From: a virus
Lineage: Duplodnaviria > Caudoviricetes
Direction: 5' to 3' (one strand)
Length of the DNA stretch: 34,749 nucleotides
IMG/VR virus record: IMGVR_UViG_3300030376_004140
Location: 1-34,749 of that record
Made by a program: the position numbers and the translations under genes. The notes below the pieces were generated by a model. The model was not told the origin of the DNA, ran no database searches, and worked only from the letters and a program-made list of their open reading frames with translations. Positions 17,001-25,950 of the stretch are shown here, one piece after another (the first letter of the stretch is position 1; the number at the start of each line of letters is the position of its first letter).

Positions 17001-20000
17001 ATAGAGGTATTTTTATACTACTTTCCCCCATACTGCCATCTAGGTTTTTTATAGGAACTTTAACTGAATATAAATGAGCTAAGTCATGTGTAGACATTCT
17101 TTGTCCTAATCTGTCTGGAAAAAGATAGTTGTATATATTTTTATAAAAAGCCATTGGCTTTCCATCAGATTTTCTTTTTTGTACTACTGCTCCTTGCTCT
17201 ACAAATTCTTTTAACATTCTATCAAAGTTTCTTAAATCACTCCACGTAGCTCCTCTGATACTTGTTATATTTTTAAATCCCTCTTCCGTTTTCATAAGAA
17301 CAAATAAATCATCTATTCTACCTGATAATTCAAATGGTAAGGTCTTTAATGTATTTTTAATACTTGGCAGTACTTTGTTTTGAATATCTGCTGGTATTTT
17401 ACTTTTATCAACACTTACATCGCCTATATCGCTAAGCCTATCAATTCTTAATTGTTTATTTTCTATAAACTCTGGTATGCTTTCTGGTGCATCTTTTTCA
17501 ACTACATTCTTATCTCTAAAAAAGAACTCTGGTTTAATAGTCTTTAACTCTTCAGGTGTCCTAGAGTTTAAAAGGTCAAATAAATCAGCATATCCTTTTA
17601 AAAAGTCATTTTTACTTTTGTCTGGAATAGAACTTAATTCCCACGCAAACTTAGGAATGCTTGTACTTTCGTAATTTTTATCAATGTTGTCTATATAACT
17701 CTGTATTAAATCTTTTTCTGACTCAGTCTTTGCTTCTAATAAGTCTTTTTTAAGAGTGTGTAGTCTATTTTTTTTGTGATGTGCTTGTGGACTTATACTA
17801 CCAAGTAAGAATGAATTAAAATAATCTACTGCATATGTTGGATTTATGCCATATTCTTCAGCTTTTTTAGTTATATCTACTATTTTATTATCTATTAATT
17901 TATTTGCAGATTCTTGAGTTTCATAAACAGCGACTTCTTTATTTTTATACCCTTTTCTAAATAATGCTTTTATGTGCTGTGCTGATTTTCCAATGTAGTC
18001 TCTAAATACTATCCAGTCATTTTCTACTTTTTCTACTGGCTTTTTGTATCCAGCATAAGTATCTACCGCTTCTTGTACTTTTCTTCTCCATGATAATTTA
18101 ATTGTTTGTTCTGAATCAGTAAGTTTTTCTCCATTAATTAATTTAAAAGCAACTGTATTTATGTCTTGATAAGGAACTTTTGAGCCATCATCAACTCTTC
18201 TTCCTTGTTCAGCCATTGCATTTTTTACTTTTTGACCAATCTCTAAATTCTTAAGCGCACTAAATATATCCCATGTATCATTTATTCTAAAATCTCTTTC
18301 AATACTACTATGAAATTTGCTAATTGGCAGTCTATGAAAGTTTTTTAAATTGGCTCTTTCATTGGTATACATTAAATCAAATGTTTTTTGAACCTCTTTT
18401 GGTAGTTTGTTTTCTATACCTTTCCATAAAAAGTCAATATAAATACTTTTACCTTTTTCAGAAGTAATTTTAGGCAGAGTTGTTTCATTTTTTGTCCCCT
18501 TATACATAACAAATTCAGGATGATTATTTTTCATCTGCTCATAAACTCTTAGGTAGTCTATATTCCAATATTGAGGCTTTATAAGAAGATTTTCTCTAAT
18601 AGAAAACTCTAATAAGTTATTATCTTTCCATATGTTTCTACCTAAAGCTCTAATAGAATTATCTAAACTTCTAAAATTAAAATTCTTTAATGGATTCACG
18701 TCTATATTATTGGCACTCATATGCTTTGCAATAGTAAGAATAGAACTCATATAAGTATCGCCAACTTGTAATTCTTTTAATGATTCTTGAACTTCTGCTG
18801 TAGTCCAATTTCTTCCTTTGTCCCAATTATATCCATATAGCTTTTGATTTAACTCATTAACTGCTTTATACTCTATTGAATTAGTTAAATGCCTATATTT
18901 TGGTTCTGTTTTGAACTTCATTTTTTTGGCGTATTTAGCATGTTCTTTAGTTGGGAAAAAATTAAGATTTTCAAAAGCGCTTTTAAACAATATTTCTTGC
19001 ATCTGTTCTGCTGTTGCCATCCTGAAATAATTAGCACTATCTGCTGTTCTTGAAGATGCTTCAACACCCATCACATAGTATCCTTCTGGAGATTTAAGAA
19101 ATTCTTCGCTAGTAGTACCTTTTAATTTCCCTAGTAACACTGGTCTTCCTAAACTATCAGGTTTTTTTCTATATACTGGTATATCTAACTTGCCATTTTT
19201 ATTAGTAATTATATCAGATAAAACTGTATTTAAGAAAGACTTGGTATTTACGACTCTTCCCATACCTTGTTTTCCAAAATAAGAAGATTGACCTGCTTTT
19301 CTTAATGCACCAGGAGACCATTGAGAGATGGGATTGTTTTTAACATAATCAAACTCACTTAATCCATAAGTTTCTGTCAGTCTTTTTTTACTTAACTCAC
19401 TATTAAATACTTTATCAAGCTTTTCAGCTTTATTTTCAAAGAAAACTCCTTTTTTGTTTTCAAGAAAACTATCGTTTTTTATTAAATCTTTGATGTATTC
19501 TTTTGGTAATCCTTGATAGAAAAAGACTTTATCGCCATCAACATCAGCGCCATCTATGTAAAAATGGTCTCTGCCTTTCATATATACGCCATAATCTGTT
19601 ATGTCTTTATAGTCTGTTTTTACAAATCCATCAAATAATAATGCTCTTGTGCCAGAAACTGCATTAGCTGGAACTCTCATTACTGCCAACATTAATCTAT
19701 TTCTCATTCTTGCTATAGATTCTTCTGTTGCAATTGGTGTGTTTGATTTCAAATCTTTTAATGCATTTTGGTATTCATTCCAAGCATCTTCAAGGGTTGT
19801 AGTTTTATCATTTATCCATTTAATTTTTCTAGTTTTGTGAGATTCTCCTAACATCACATGGCCAACTTTTTGAGTTTCTAGTGATTTACCATTCCAGAAT
19901 TTGTAACTTGCATTATCTTTTATTCCCCCTGTAATAGCTTCCATGACAGGGTCTACTCCTGCTACCCACCCACTTGCACTGTATTCCCATTTAGGCTGAG

Positions 20001-23000
20001 TAAATCTATTTAATCTATATTGATGAACAGCTCTCTGATATAAATTCATATTTAACACTTCAGCAAGGGGATTATAATTTGTAGCTTTATAAATACTAGA
20101 AAAACCATCTACATATTCTTTTAATTCTTGAAATTTTCCCTGCATCTCTGGAAACTCATTTTCAATTTCCATTTCTTTTAATTTTTTAAATATTTCAAAG
20201 TTTAATTCTTTATGCAGAGGATGAGTTGTATCATTAACAATATCAACAAAGTCTTTATCTCTCAATTTGGATATGTCAAAATTCTTTGGCAGTGGTAGTT
20301 TATCATTAGTTTTTAACTGCTCTATATATAGATTATTCTCAGGAGTGCCACGCAAAGGTACTTCTAAGACATCGTTCATAAAGTTTTCAAATCCAGGCTT
20401 GGTCATTGTTATACTATCAAAGAACGAATGCATTTGTTTTTTAATTGTAGTTGCCTGTGCAGAATGGCTGTCTCCATATACTCCGTAGTTTATTCTAAAA
20501 TCTTTAATTGGCATTTTTAATGATGGAGCTGAAGCCTTATTTCCCTTACTATCTATTAGGTCATATATTGTTTTACCCCTTGCTTGACCTTTAAATATTT
20601 CTGCTCCTTTAGGTATATGTTTAGATGCAGAGGTTACTACAATCATTGAATTGGGGTTTTTTAGTACCTTATCGTAAGCTTTTCTTGAAGGGTGGACACC
20701 ACCTTTGATTAAAAATAATTGACCCCCTATTTCGACTGCTACTGCTGGTTTCATATGGGAAGTGCTTTCGTCTAAAAAGTTTGATTTTAAGAATTGTTTA
20801 TACAAGTCAGAATGCATTACAATCCAGCCATCAACTTTACTTTCCCATGCTTGTTCTACTATTTTCCCATTCTTATCTACAGTTTTAAATGTCTCAGGAG
20901 CTTTTCCTTTTACGTTTAAAAACTTTTTAATTTTTTCTTTTGTACCATCTATTTTTTCTTTAACTGTATCTAGTAAGAACCTTTCAGCTTCTACTAAATA
21001 AATGTCAATTTCGTCTGTACCTTTAGTTAATTTTGTAAAATCTTTTGGATTAACTTGAAAAAATGCTTTAGAGGCAAATAACGCTTCTCTTTTTACCCTA
21101 GCTACAGCATCTTTAAAGTTGTAATTCTTTTCATAGAGATAATTTGACCTAAATGAGGCGTCAAATACTTTATCTAAAAACTGTCTATCTGCACTATTCC
21201 ATTGTGAGCGAGGCTTTCCCATTGTTTCATACCAAATATCTCTATCATATCTGTAAAACTTTTTTAATAAATCTAAATTTATTTCTTTGCTTTTAGAATT
21301 TTTTGAAACTTCTGATAATATATCTTTAGTAGACGTCTTTTTTGTATCACGATGGAATTTGTATATTCTTTCAACGCCATTATCTTTTTTAGGTATTTTT
21401 AAATATTCATGCCCAATATCTTTACCTCTGTCTCCTCTTTTATTCCACAAAACAGAGTTAATCTGTAGCCAATCACTTGGAGACACTTCATTAACCCACT
21501 CACCTTTATAAAAATTAAATTTCTTATCATAAGGTTTAACAGTATAGTAATCTCCATTCCTATTTTTATTAACTACTTCTGAAAATTCAAAAACTGTTAC
21601 ATTATCAGACCATAGTTTTTTATCTACATTTATTACTTCATCTGCTGGTTTAGGACTTAATGAAGAAACTATTTTATTTAATATATTTTTATACTTAACC
21701 CTAGTTGAAGCCTGTTCTGATATATTCCAAGAGAGTATTGGTCTGTGTTGTTCCTGTTGTATGCGATTAAATAATTGTCCTAATGCTGTAATATCTTTTT
21801 TAGGGATAATTAAACCAGGGTATTTATTTGTTAATGCCCCTAAATAGTCTTTTATCGACTGTCTTATGTCATTTGACTCTCTAATTTCTTTTTTATTAAA
21901 TAATTCTACAGCATCTTTACCAATTTCTTCTGCTTTAAATGGTAAATCACGTGATGCTTCCTGAATTCTATTGATAAACCTTCCTATCATCCCCTGATTA
22001 CTAACTTCAGGTTGGCCTTCAGATAGTCTTTGTTCTGCTCTTAATATGTCATTTAAAGTTGTCTTTGCTGGTTCATGTGGCTTTGATTCAAAATAATCAA
22101 CTATTGCCTTATCTAATGGGGCAATATCACCGTTTTTTACATCAGCTAATTCTTCTGGAGTAAGAGATTTAGATATTTTTTCAATTTCTGGGGTCTTTTT
22201 TGTTTCATCAATAATGCCTTCATATACCTTATTAACAATAAGGTCTCTTGCTTCCATTTCAGCACTTTTTCTAGAGGACTCTAGCGCTTGTTCTGCATCA
22301 GCTTGTCTTACTTCATACTTATCAAGTTCTTCTACTTTTTTACCTTTTTCATCTGCAATTCTTTGTCTAGCAGATAACTTACTTGATTCAATAGTTTCTT
22401 TTAACGTAGCACCAGCAACTGTAATTGTATTATCATAGAATTCTCCTAAGTGATTAAAGTGAGATTCTTTTACAATATCTTGAGCTTCTTTGCTTAATTT
22501 AAAAAACTCAGGTCTATCCGTCATTTTCATTATATCATCAAAATTGTACTTTAACGTACCATCTGAATTTTTTTCTGAATTAAACTTATTATAATAACTA
22601 TTTGCTTCTTTAATGGCTGTACCTTGAGCTTGAAAGCCAAAAAATCCACCTAGTAAATATTCATATATCTGAGTAGCTGTAGGTGCGCCTTGCATTGTAG
22701 CCATCCCACCTTGAAAAGCACTACCAGCACCCATACTTATTAATCTTTCTTTATTCGCAGTTGCAAATTCTTTACTATATTTCCATAATCCTCTTATTCC
22801 AGCTCCTTGAACTTTTACATTAGGATGCTGAATCATTTTTCCCATAGTCACAAAGTTTCCTAACCCACCAAAAGCACCACCAGCAACTGCGCCAAAAAGC
22901 ACATTATTTAATTCATCATTCTCTCCATTAAATAGACCACTAACTCCACTAGCTACCCCCAAATGCGCTGATTGGAATGCAATATCTAAAGCTTTTCCTT

Positions 23001-23628
23001 TTCCAGTAGATTTTCCTATATGTTTTGCAACTTCCCATCCATGCTTTGTTAGTTTGTCCTTTATCCATTTTTCTCCATAATCAGCAACAGCCAAAGGCAC
23101 TGATTTAATAGGAATTTCAGCCATGCCTTTAATATTTACTTTAGACCCTTGTCTAGCTACTTTCCCAACAGATTGCATTCCTTCACCTACATAGCCAATA
23201 CCTCTTCTTGCAGTATTAATAGCACCACCCACTTTACCAACAGAAGATGCTCTAGTAGCGTATTTACTTGCAGATAGCCCTAATCTAGCTATACCTGAAC
23301 CACCTAATGTTAATACAGAACCAGCTAATGGCAATGCAAATCCTAATAAATGCCCCATACTATGAGCAATAGACTGAGTTTCATCGACAGGGTCTTCTGA
23401 CCATCCACCAAATGCAAGTGGCCCTAATACACCCTCTGTAAATCCTGAAGAAAATTGGGAAATTACACCGCTACTTTTTTGCGCTCTTTTTGCACCTTCA
23501 ATAGAATTATCAAAAGGTATACCATAGATGTCTGCGTACTCTTTTAGTTCTGCAACTTCAGATTCGTCATATCTATTAGGACTTAGGTTGTAGGCAGTTA
23601 TCCTACTATGTATATCGAGGGGACTCAC
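14056..23628 (-). CDS. Giant virion/ejection protein containing a single-chain two-barrel RNA polymerase
   Basis: 3190 aa; Gly/Ala hydrophobic N-terminus; D933-G...K975-G...K1003 and R1318-x-P...D1362-V-D-G-D1366; helical ejection-protein-like C-terminus. Confidence 0.8.
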   Translation of the reverse strand: MSPLDIHSRITAYNLSPNRYDESEVAELKEYADIYGIPFDNSIEGAKRAQKSSGVISQFSSGFTEGVLGPLAFGGWSEDPVDETQSIAHSMGHLLGFALPLAGSVLTLGGSGIARLGLSASKYATRASSVGKVGGAINTARRGIGYVGEGMQSVGKVARQGSKVNIKGMAEIPIKSVPLAVADYGEKWIKDKLTKHGWEVAKHIGKSTGKGKALDIAFQSAHLGVASGVSGLFNGENDELNNVLFGAVAGGAFGGLGNFVTMGKMIQHPNVKVQGAGIRGLWKYSKEFATANKERLISMGAGSAFQGGMATMQGAPTATQIYEYLLGGFFGFQAQGTAIKEANSYYNKFNSEKNSDGTLKYNFDDIMKMTDRPEFFKLSKEAQDIVKESHFNHLGEFYDNTITVAGATLKETIESSKLSARQRIADEKGKKVEELDKYEVRQADAEQALESSRKSAEMEARDLIVNKVYEGIIDETKKTPEIEKISKSLTPEELADVKNGDIAPLDKAIVDYFESKPHEPAKTTLNDILRAEQRLSEGQPEVSNQGMIGRFINRIQEASRDLPFKAEEIGKDAVELFNKKEIRESNDIRQSIKDYLGALTNKYPGLIIPKKDITALGQLFNRIQQEQHRPILSWNISEQASTRVKYKNILNKIVSSLSPKPADEVINVDKKLWSDNVTVFEFSEVVNKNRNGDYYTVKPYDKKFNFYKGEWVNEVSPSDWLQINSVLWNKRGDRGKDIGHEYLKIPKKDNGVERIYKFHRDTKKTSTKDILSEVSKNSKSKEINLDLLKKFYRYDRDIWYETMGKPRSQWNSADRQFLDKVFDASFRSNYLYEKNYNFKDAVARVKREALFASKAFFQVNPKDFTKLTKGTDEIDIYLVEAERFLLDTVKEKIDGTKEKIKKFLNVKGKAPETFKTVDKNGKIVEQAWESKVDGWIVMHSDLYKQFLKSNFLDESTSHMKPAVAVEIGGQLFLIKGGVHPSRKAYDKVLKNPNSMIVVTSASKHIPKGAEIFKGQARGKTIYDLIDSKGNKASAPSLKMPIKDFRINYGVYGDSHSAQATTIKKQMHSFFDSITMTKPGFENFMNDVLEVPLRGTPENNLYIEQLKTNDKLPLPKNFDISKLRDKDFVDIVNDTTHPLHKELNFEIFKKLKEMEIENEFPEMQGKFQELKEYVDGFSSIYKATNYNPLAEVLNMNLYQRAVHQYRLNRFTQPKWEYSASGWVAGVDPVMEAITGGIKDNASYKFWNGKSLETQKVGHVMLGESHKTRKIKWINDKTTTLEDAWNEYQNALKDLKSNTPIATEESIARMRNRLMLAVMRVPANAVSGTRALLFDGFVKTDYKDITDYGVYMKGRDHFYIDGADVDGDKVFFYQGLPKEYIKDLIKNDSFLENKKGVFFENKAEKLDKVFNSELSKKRLTETYGLSEFDYVKNNPISQWSPGALRKAGQSSYFGKQGMGRVVNTKSFLNTVLSDIITNKNGKLDIPVYRKKPDSLGRPVLLGKLKGTTSEEFLKSPEGYYVMGVEASSRTADSANYFRMATAEQMQEILFKSAFENLNFFPTKEHAKYAKKMKFKTEPKYRHLTNSIEYKAVNELNQKLYGYNWDKGRNWTTAEVQESLKELQVGDTYMSSILTIAKHMSANNIDVNPLKNFNFRSLDNSIRALGRNIWKDNNLLEFSIRENLLIKPQYWNIDYLRVYEQMKNNHPEFVMYKGTKNETTLPKITSEKGKSIYIDFLWKGIENKLPKEVQKTFDLMYTNERANLKNFHRLPISKFHSSIERDFRINDTWDIFSALKNLEIGQKVKNAMAEQGRRVDDGSKVPYQDINTVAFKLINGEKLTDSEQTIKLSWRRKVQEAVDTYAGYKKPVEKVENDWIVFRDYIGKSAQHIKALFRKGYKNKEVAVYETQESANKLIDNKIVDITKKAEEYGINPTYAVDYFNSFLLGSISPQAHHKKNRLHTLKKDLLEAKTESEKDLIQSYIDNIDKNYESTSIPKFAWELSSIPDKSKNDFLKGYADLFDLLNSRTPEELKTIKPEFFFRDKNVVEKDAPESIPEFIENKQLRIDRLSDIGDVSVDKSKIPADIQNKVLPSIKNTLKTLPFELSGRIDDLFVLMKTEEGFKNITSIRGATWSDLRNFDRMLKEFVEQGAVVQKRKSDGKPMAFYKNIYNYLFPDRLGQRMSTHDLAHLYSVKVPIKNLDGSMGESSIKIPLSAMSYLQRSSNSIRRFEDAIKNQLQEDLFKSVSVKGEIEALPNGIEKFQKLLEIAIKDKNIKRDISKTKMDFYQSEYLKSAKDLHKISGEVFRVTRDGKTVQKTGEELIKDIQDQVDKFFKEDMYESWIGSGLFNKDGKWEKIDWSKIDDLHEYKDKGLFIHDIIKYDKFGRFDIENFENKVIKKASEGDISFGHLIGNRNNPLSVELLNRVQYEIALEEMIQFNKLKPNSKEAQNFRNDYRKTYKKDKATGEFIFNETAFVGIGQIKDGYWPQMLHNKEKLMPWIKEESAQLKIQLENYLNSVSSQGKLSGIKDIKKRYRPTDYEIKAYLGLIPNKKMSKTEILEKYLTIQNQDFQILTGRRVEGDGTGEWAQEWLNSRYRDSKKDWQDSNFSTRPGTGGARGQIPMPHFSYSPEVMKKYAEQWTSSFFKNTLALMARKTIRKYENENPMPKEVLEPWANEMRLFIKEQMGQGSIMPMHYVGLSNYQRARMSAYIKDNKDNKEVAGTVFNFKERLKKDDSFKKTKRVKNLRFAISDQSIIDWLDLKSQGLGRLTGKLKGFGTIENPKLPLIGELPTSQRAREREIHQFVTNVGNFEAKMSLLSLLAHPKTALANIFGGSQNTITNAGLRNFYKANDTKWLLTHVFKDAKLKDGTKITDKNTIRRWISEVGALESFYVTEASMDKSLSITRMRPFINEMGKKLFTKEMNDTTWKEIAKKHRVWDSIVASGGYFMRTSEAKLRADAFLAHYLHAKEVYSQLVPNLKFDNPYLVRHALKGVEATQFIYHNVNRPGIGRSALGKMLTRFQPFAWNSVKFRRHIYKTAKRYGMTDKQSVDRLKRFMAQDLMVASLANIFVASLFDSTLPPPMSWLQSSADLLFGDPDERERAFFSSYPHPAMAPLQVVTAPIHRFYLPVITAMINGDWEKYSRYYIHTLFPAGRLAKSLIKTMETPEMFPEYMFGMPVHKLGRKIRASKKEEENV

Positions 23629-23639
23629 TAATAATTAAA

Positions 23640-24434
23640 TTAATATTGTGGCTTATTTGGGCTTATTCCTAATCCTGACATTATTTTTTGTAATTCCAAT
23701 AAGTGACTTAATGCTTTTTCAGATTCACCAGTTATAAAATCAAAAGGGCCACCATCAAGAAAATCAGCACCTCCATCATCTCCTGTTAATTTTCTATAAA
23801 CATCTAATATATCTTTTTCAAAAGCTTGACGCTCATAATTGCTTTTAGGAACTGGTTTATTTGTCCCCATACCAGTCATAATATCTTGGTATCCTTTTCT
23901 AATAGTTGGAAATCCAGCATCTAACCCTTCTATATAATCTGATTCATTTAAACCAAGTCCAGGGAACATACTTGGGTCTTCACTAAACATTTGATGCATA
24001 AGACCTCTCAACATAGGAGCCATAAAAGAATTACGAACCTTATCTTCTTCTCTATCTTTTTCTTTATCCTTATAAAACATAGTATCAATCCATTGTTGCC
24101 TAGCTACAGCATCATCTATTTTTCTATTTTTTCTTGCATCTTCCAATAATAATTTTTTCTCTGCAAGTTCGCTTTTCATAAGGTTTTTTGCATTTTCATG
24201 AGACAAACTATCAGCGCTTCTTTGGTTTTTTAATTCCTCTTTTAAGATTTCAATTTCTTTAGCAAATCTTAAACTATCTCTTGTTTCAGCACTTTCATTA
24301 GCGCTTTCTTGAAGTTTTTGAGTTGCTAAGTTATTTGCTCGGTTTATGTCGAATTGAGATTGATTGTTTACTGCGGTATTAAGACCTTGTCCAACTTCTC
24401 TAATTAGACTATTAAATAATAATTCTGGTTCCAT
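23640..24434 (-). CDS. Probable internal virion/ejection protein
   Basis: Charged coiled coil; lies between the tail gene and the giant protein. Confidence 0.6.
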   Translation of the reverse strand: MEPELLFNSLIREVGQGLNTAVNNQSQFDINRANNLATQKLQESANESAETRDSLRFAKEIEILKEELKNQRSADSLSHENAKNLMKSELAEKKLLLEDARKNRKIDDAVARQQWIDTMFYKDKEKDREEDKVRNSFMAPMLRGLMHQMFSEDPSMFPGLGLNESDYIEGLDAGFPTIRKGYQDIMTGMGTNKPVPKSNYERQAFEKDILDVYRKLTGDDGGADFLDGGPFDFITGESEKALSHLLELQKIMSGLGISPNKPQY

Positions 24435-24913
24435 TATACTTGCCTCTTTATTTGTTCTTTTGCAAATATCCTATCATCAGTAGCTTGTCTTCTATCTGCA
24501 TGTCTAATGATAGTTCTATTGTAATCTGCATTTACATTGTTTATTGTGTCTTGAATAGCATCTGTTCTTAGTTTTTCTCTATTTGTATCAGTAGCTAAAT
24601 TTGAAAAATTTGATGAATGAATAATGCCTTTTCCTTTTTTAAATGTATTCCCTGTAGATGTATCAAAATTCTTCCAACTGGCTTTTTCGGCAAGTTTGTC
24701 ATTTGCTTTTAAAGCCTTTATATCTTTATTTAAACCAGTTATCATTCCTTGTCTTGCATCTCTAGTAGTACCACTTTCCCATAATCCAGTCATATCACCA
24801 ATTCCGCCCCAAACACCTTCTCTTCCAATATGAGTATCCCAAAATGTTCCTAAGTCATCAAATAAGTTTCCTGTACCAAGAACATCACTTATGCCTTTAA
24901 TTAAGCCTAGCAT
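24434..24913 (-). CDS. Probable internal virion (pilot-like) protein
   Basis: Gly-rich amphipathic N-terminus, helical C-terminus; TAATG coupling. Confidence 0.6.
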   Translation of the reverse strand: MLGLIKGISDVLGTGNLFDDLGTFWDTHIGREGVWGGIGDMTGLWESGTTRDARQGMITGLNKDIKALKANDKLAEKASWKNFDTSTGNTFKKGKGIIHSSNFSNLATDTNREKLRTDAIQDTINNVNADYNRTIIRHADRRQATDDRIFAKEQIKRQV

Positions 24914-24914
24914 A

Positions 24915-25514
24915 TTAATACCTCCCTGAGTTCATATCTAATCCACCACTAGGATTAAATAGTTTTTGCATTGTTGTATTTTTATTTCCTGCACCTATAC
25001 CAATACCAAGCAATGCCATCAACCCTAACCCATAAGGATTAGACAGCATTGATGAAAAAGCACCACCTGCTCCCATTTCTGAAGGAGCTAGGAGAGTATC
25101 CATACCTTCAATTCCTAAATCAGTTAATTCACTTGGATTTAAAGATGCAATATCAGTTCCAAAGCCAGTTATTTCTTTAGATGCTGAACTAGGAGAAAAT
25201 GCATTGCTAAAATAATTGATTAAACCATTTCCTTCTTTTCCAGTTGTCATTGGGCTATTGGCAATTTTATTTATGACTTCAGGAGAATAATTAAATTTAT
25301 CTTTTAATAGTTTTTGCGCTCCAGCATTGTCTTTCATAAGCTTAGCAAGTTCAATAGCATTGTTATATTTTTTTTGAGTATTTATTATATTTCCACCTAC
25401 TTTTCCAAAATTATATAAATTCATTAAGCCTTTTTGACTTTTATTAAGCCCTTTTTGCCTGTCTTGCCAATCCATACTTTCTTTGGCGTAATTATTTGTT
25501 GATTGATAATCCAT
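24915..25514 (-). CDS. Probable internal virion protein with hydrophobic segment
   Basis: NPYGLGLMALLGIGIG segment; operon position. Confidence 0.6.
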   Translation of the reverse strand: MDYQSTNNYAKESMDWQDRQKGLNKSQKGLMNLYNFGKVGGNIINTQKKYNNAIELAKLMKDNAGAQKLLKDKFNYSPEVINKIANSPMTTGKEGNGLINYFSNAFSPSSASKEITGFGTDIASLNPSELTDLGIEGMDTLLAPSEMGAGGAFSSMLSNPYGLGLMALLGIGIGAGNKNTTMQKLFNPSGGLDMNSGRY

Positions 25515-25515
25515 G

Positions 25516-25950
25516 CTATTTCCTTATAATTGTTCTAAATGTAAATGTTATATCAGATAATTTAAAATTTTTAAAATCTGTTCCATCTGCTCCAGTAATT
25601 CTTAAATAAAGCCTAACAGCAATAGAACGAGCTTTTGCTTTTCCAGGTATAATTAATTCTGCTGTTGATAACTTTCCACCAGTTCTTTTTAATTTTGTAT
25701 GGGTATTTTTTATCGCATTTGGATTATTAGGACTTGGTTCTAAAGTTTTCCATTGATAATTATCATCTGTTTTGTAGTGAATCTCTAAAGGACTCGCTCC
25801 AACCCCATCAATAGAATATGTAATGTGAATTCTACTATATTTTTTTATTAAACTAGCATCTCCACCATCATACATTTTTGTTTCTAACGTACCACTAGTA
25901 ATATCTTTTTTAGTACGTGACGTTGCTTTTAATCTTATTTCTGTTCCCAT
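25516..25950 (-). CDS. Detached C-terminal domain of tail nozzle/stabilisation protein
   Basis: LETKMYDGG...KKYSRIHITY motif typical of the C-terminus of podoviral tail tubular B / P22 gp10-like proteins. Confidence 0.6.
   Translation of the reverse strand: MGTEIRLKATSRTKKDITSGTLETKMYDGGDASLIKKYSRIHITYSIDGVGASPLEIHYKTDDNYQWKTLEPSPNNPNAIKNTHTKLKRTGGKLSTAELIIPGKAKARSIAVRLYLRITGADGTDFKNFKLSDITFTFRTIIRK

Noticed and set aside
15326-22438. Short + strand ORFs inside the giant gene
   Set aside because: Antisense shadows with Phe/Leu/Ser-biased composition and no evident SD
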